Below, one piece after another: positions 61,135-64,000 of a stretch of DNA of 64,000 nucleotides. The notes under the pieces were generated by a model, which worked only from the letters and a program-made list of their open reading frames with translations, did not search any database and was not told where the DNA came from. Location: contig NC_088858.1 of the NCBI RefSeq assembly GCF_963853765.1, positions 22,630,001 through 22,694,000 on the forward strand. Direction: 5' to 3'. Origin of the DNA: Magallana gigas. Its lineage: Eukaryota. The first letter of the stretch is position 1. Every line of letters begins with the position of its first letter. Both the position numbers and the translations under genes were made by a program.

Positions 61135-61988
61135 TTAAATATTATATGTTCTTCTTTTCCTTTTTCCAACTAGAAATGCACCGGGATTTAGAAATTGTGA
61201 GGGTTGGAAAAAATTCGTTGAAAATGAAGTTCCACCAGGCGAAGTGCTTCCGCTTCCGGTCTGTTGCTGAAATTGGTTCCCGCTTTGTTGATTGGTTGTG
61301 ATCCCTCCATTCAAATTCAGGTTTTGAAAATTATTGAAAATTCCCAGAGATAAGAAAAGATTTGGTTTACTCAAGTTCCCAGGTTTTTGGAGTTGGTTAG
61401 TACTGGTAATTCCATTTGCAGTTATAGACGATCCAGAACCCAAATTTGAAAATTGTGAATTTCCAAGATTTAGAACAGGAGAAGGGTCGATTAAGTTTTG
61501 CTGAAAAGACCCGGATGAACCATTGATTCCGGACGAAGCTCCTCCAACCGATGACTGAAAACTCGGATCAATGATCTGCTGAGGCATCGGTGCAGAATTT
61601 CCGGTTCCTCCTCCACCATTTCCGGAATTGAAGAACGAGGAAGAGCTGTCTGTCTGACGAAGAATTCTGAGAATGTCTGGAATAAGAATTTAAAAAGTCA
61701 TATTTCTCTCTTTATCGGGAATATGCACGTGTTTCTTATGAATGTACATTTTAACTTTTACCTACAATGTATATAAAAAAATCCATTAGGTATGTTGTCA
61801 TGATCGTTCACTACTACATTTACATCAAGTCCGAATCGTTTTAGGTCAAGTTTCTAAGACAAATGACCAAATCATTGCGGAAACTAAAAAAAAAAGACAG
61901 GAAACAATATCTCACCCGTTTTTCCAGCAGTGAATGTTAAATTCGTAAGAAGACCGATGAAAACAAACAACTGAAAGAAAGGAATCAT
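61135..61988 (-). CDS. Secreted Ser/Asn/Gln/Gly-rich protein J (~204 aa)
   Basis: Exon 61988-61916 (MIPFFQLFVFIGLLTNLTFTAGKT, phase 1) plus exon 61676-61135 (DILRILR|QTDSSS...FLNPGAFLV-GKRKRR-TYNI*). Confidence 0.85.
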
Positions 61989-63336
61989 GGTTTATACCAA
62001 TTCTTTTTCAAAGTCAGCGAAACTGGAAAAAATGGGTCAACAACCTGATAAGTTCCAATAATGAGATTGATATTACTTATAACAATACATGCATAGATCT
62101 ATATGTATAGGCGAAGTGCCTGAAGGTCAAACTTTTATTATAACGTGACCATTAAGGAAGATATGGTTTCTTTGATTAACTAACGTATTGTTTTAAAAGT
62201 ATTTTGGTTTAAATTTAATTGTTTTATTTTTTTTTAATATTGTTGCTAATGATTTATTTATAATTAATTCATTTCATTAGGTTTGATTGCTTTTCTTCCT
62301 TTTAAATGGTAAGCCAAGAACTGATAAATGTCATAGATAAATCTAACTGAGTCATGCCTTAAAGTTGATATGAGCAGCAGCTTTTATGTCGTGAACTTTT
62401 ATCGTAAGACTGTGAATTTCAAAATGTAAAGGTCATTTTGGCAAAATAAGCCATTCAAATTAAAAGAAAATTATAAATGTCTTCATGTACAAAAAGTTTC
62501 AATTGTATTCTATACGCATGGTACAGAAATCTTCCTTCTGAAAATTCTTCCAAAATTTAGCAATAGTTTAATGTCATGATTATCATTTATCATAAAAGTT
62601 GCAAGCAGAATTGTAATATTATCACGTCTATGCAGTAAAATAAATTCGCAAAAATTACGGCAAATATTTCATTTACCTTTCGAATTAAAATTGAAGACCC
62701 CTAATATTACAAACATTATTCATCAATAAAAACATTTTTATTCGTTTTTATAAAAATAGTTTTAACTTTCGAGACTCTCGTATATATATTGCATTAGATT
62801 AATAATTTCAATCAAATTTTCGTTTGACAGAGTTTTTTTCACGCTGCAATCCGTAAATCGATTGATCCATTCTTCTTTTCAAAAAGAATTTATACTACAT
62901 AGAAATGTCAACGTCCTTGGTCACAACCTTGGTTCTCACTGTCAGGATCAATTAACTTTGTTCTCGTTGGCGTAAAATAGCGCTCTGCTTTCTTTGATTT
63001 TTATTTATCTGTTTAAACTTAAAGAGATAATAATCACACGATCGTTCGAAAAAAAGTCGGTCGAAGTTTTTGTAATAACCAAATGAATCTGAAGTGATTT
63101 CCGTGGAGATTTTCATTCAAAAATTGTCGATGTAGTCAGCATTAGCGTTGGCCTTTATTTCAAACACTGTCGAAATTTTAAACTTTAGTTTTAAAAATAA
63201 GTTCATAAATCTTTATGAATTTCATTGTTTTAATGTGTTTTTCATCTACACGACATCCCTCCTTTATAAACTCTGTCAATCAATTATTTCAAAGTTTAAA
63301 GACAGAACAACAAGGCCATGTATATGACACAACATC

Positions 63337-63511
63337 ATGCGCGGATCCAAAACCATTTTCCAGGGGGGGGGGGGGCGTATAATTTTTTTTTGTCGGAGGG
63401 GGGGGGGGGGGTAATTTTACTATGTGAATTTGATAAGTTTGAATTTTTCAATGGGGGGGGGGGGGGGGGGTTACGGATACCCCCTCTCTTTTGATCTTTG
63501 CATGCATTGTT
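63337..63511. mobile_element. Poly-G MITE-like repeat
   Basis: catgcgcggatcca ... tgatctttgcatg ends with several G homopolymers. Confidence 0.5.
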
Positions 63512-64000
63512 GAACTTTAACAAAATTTGCATTGAATAAGCAAGCCGTTTCTTGACTTGCTGTTGACAAGAGGCTTATAATTAATAAATTCTGACGACCA
63601 GTTACCAAGTATATCATCTTCAGCTAATATCAATTTTGTATGAACAGTAATTTATTCTTAATGGTTATCATGACCATGCCATGTCAAAATATAAAATGCC
63701 TCGAAATAATATCAATATTTAATGAAACTTTCATTGGCCAAGGTACGACAAGGACTTGAAAAGGTCTTTAAATGTTTTGATTTGAAATGTCCACAATCAT
63801 TATATGCATGTGTGTGTTTGGTAAATATTTCTTTTTTCTAGTTAGCAGATCTCCCCCTCTTTTTATTTATTCGTAAGAATACAACAACCCCCTCACCCAA
63901 CCTTCCGAGGAAGTAAAGTTAACATTTCAATCAGCAACTTTCACGTTGGTGTAAGCTGCAAGGGCATTTAGAACTGACGTTATCAGTTCAGGATGACCCT

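Overview
AT-rich, intron-containing animal DNA. It is most likely a bivalve of the Crassostrea/Magallana oyster type; this is inferred from the repeat families and gene structure, not proven. The first 30 kb holds a largely single-exon P-loop NTPase/nuclease-like gene, nested transposon relics and a 177-bp satellite, plus three housekeeping genes built exon by exon: SLC25A21 (-), MRPS12 (+) and RBM25 (+). RBM25 has a candidate 33-nt poison exon. From 30.9 to 62.0 kb is a cluster of ten secreted-protein genes (labelled A-J here) that I cannot assign to a known family. Each has a short signal-peptide first exon ending in a phase-1 intron. Most encode Gly/Ser/Met/Asn/Gln-rich low-complexity chains punctuated by an F-[DN]-P-[NS] motif. 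Many carry prohormone-style processing signals: basic site followed by Gln, and C-terminal Gly-K/R-K/R. Gene D is a four-module polyprotein whose modules track its exons. The cluster also contains a 2.4-kb foldback-like element with minisatellite arms and an assembly gap. All exon models were read by eye from GT-AG sites with reading-frame checks.
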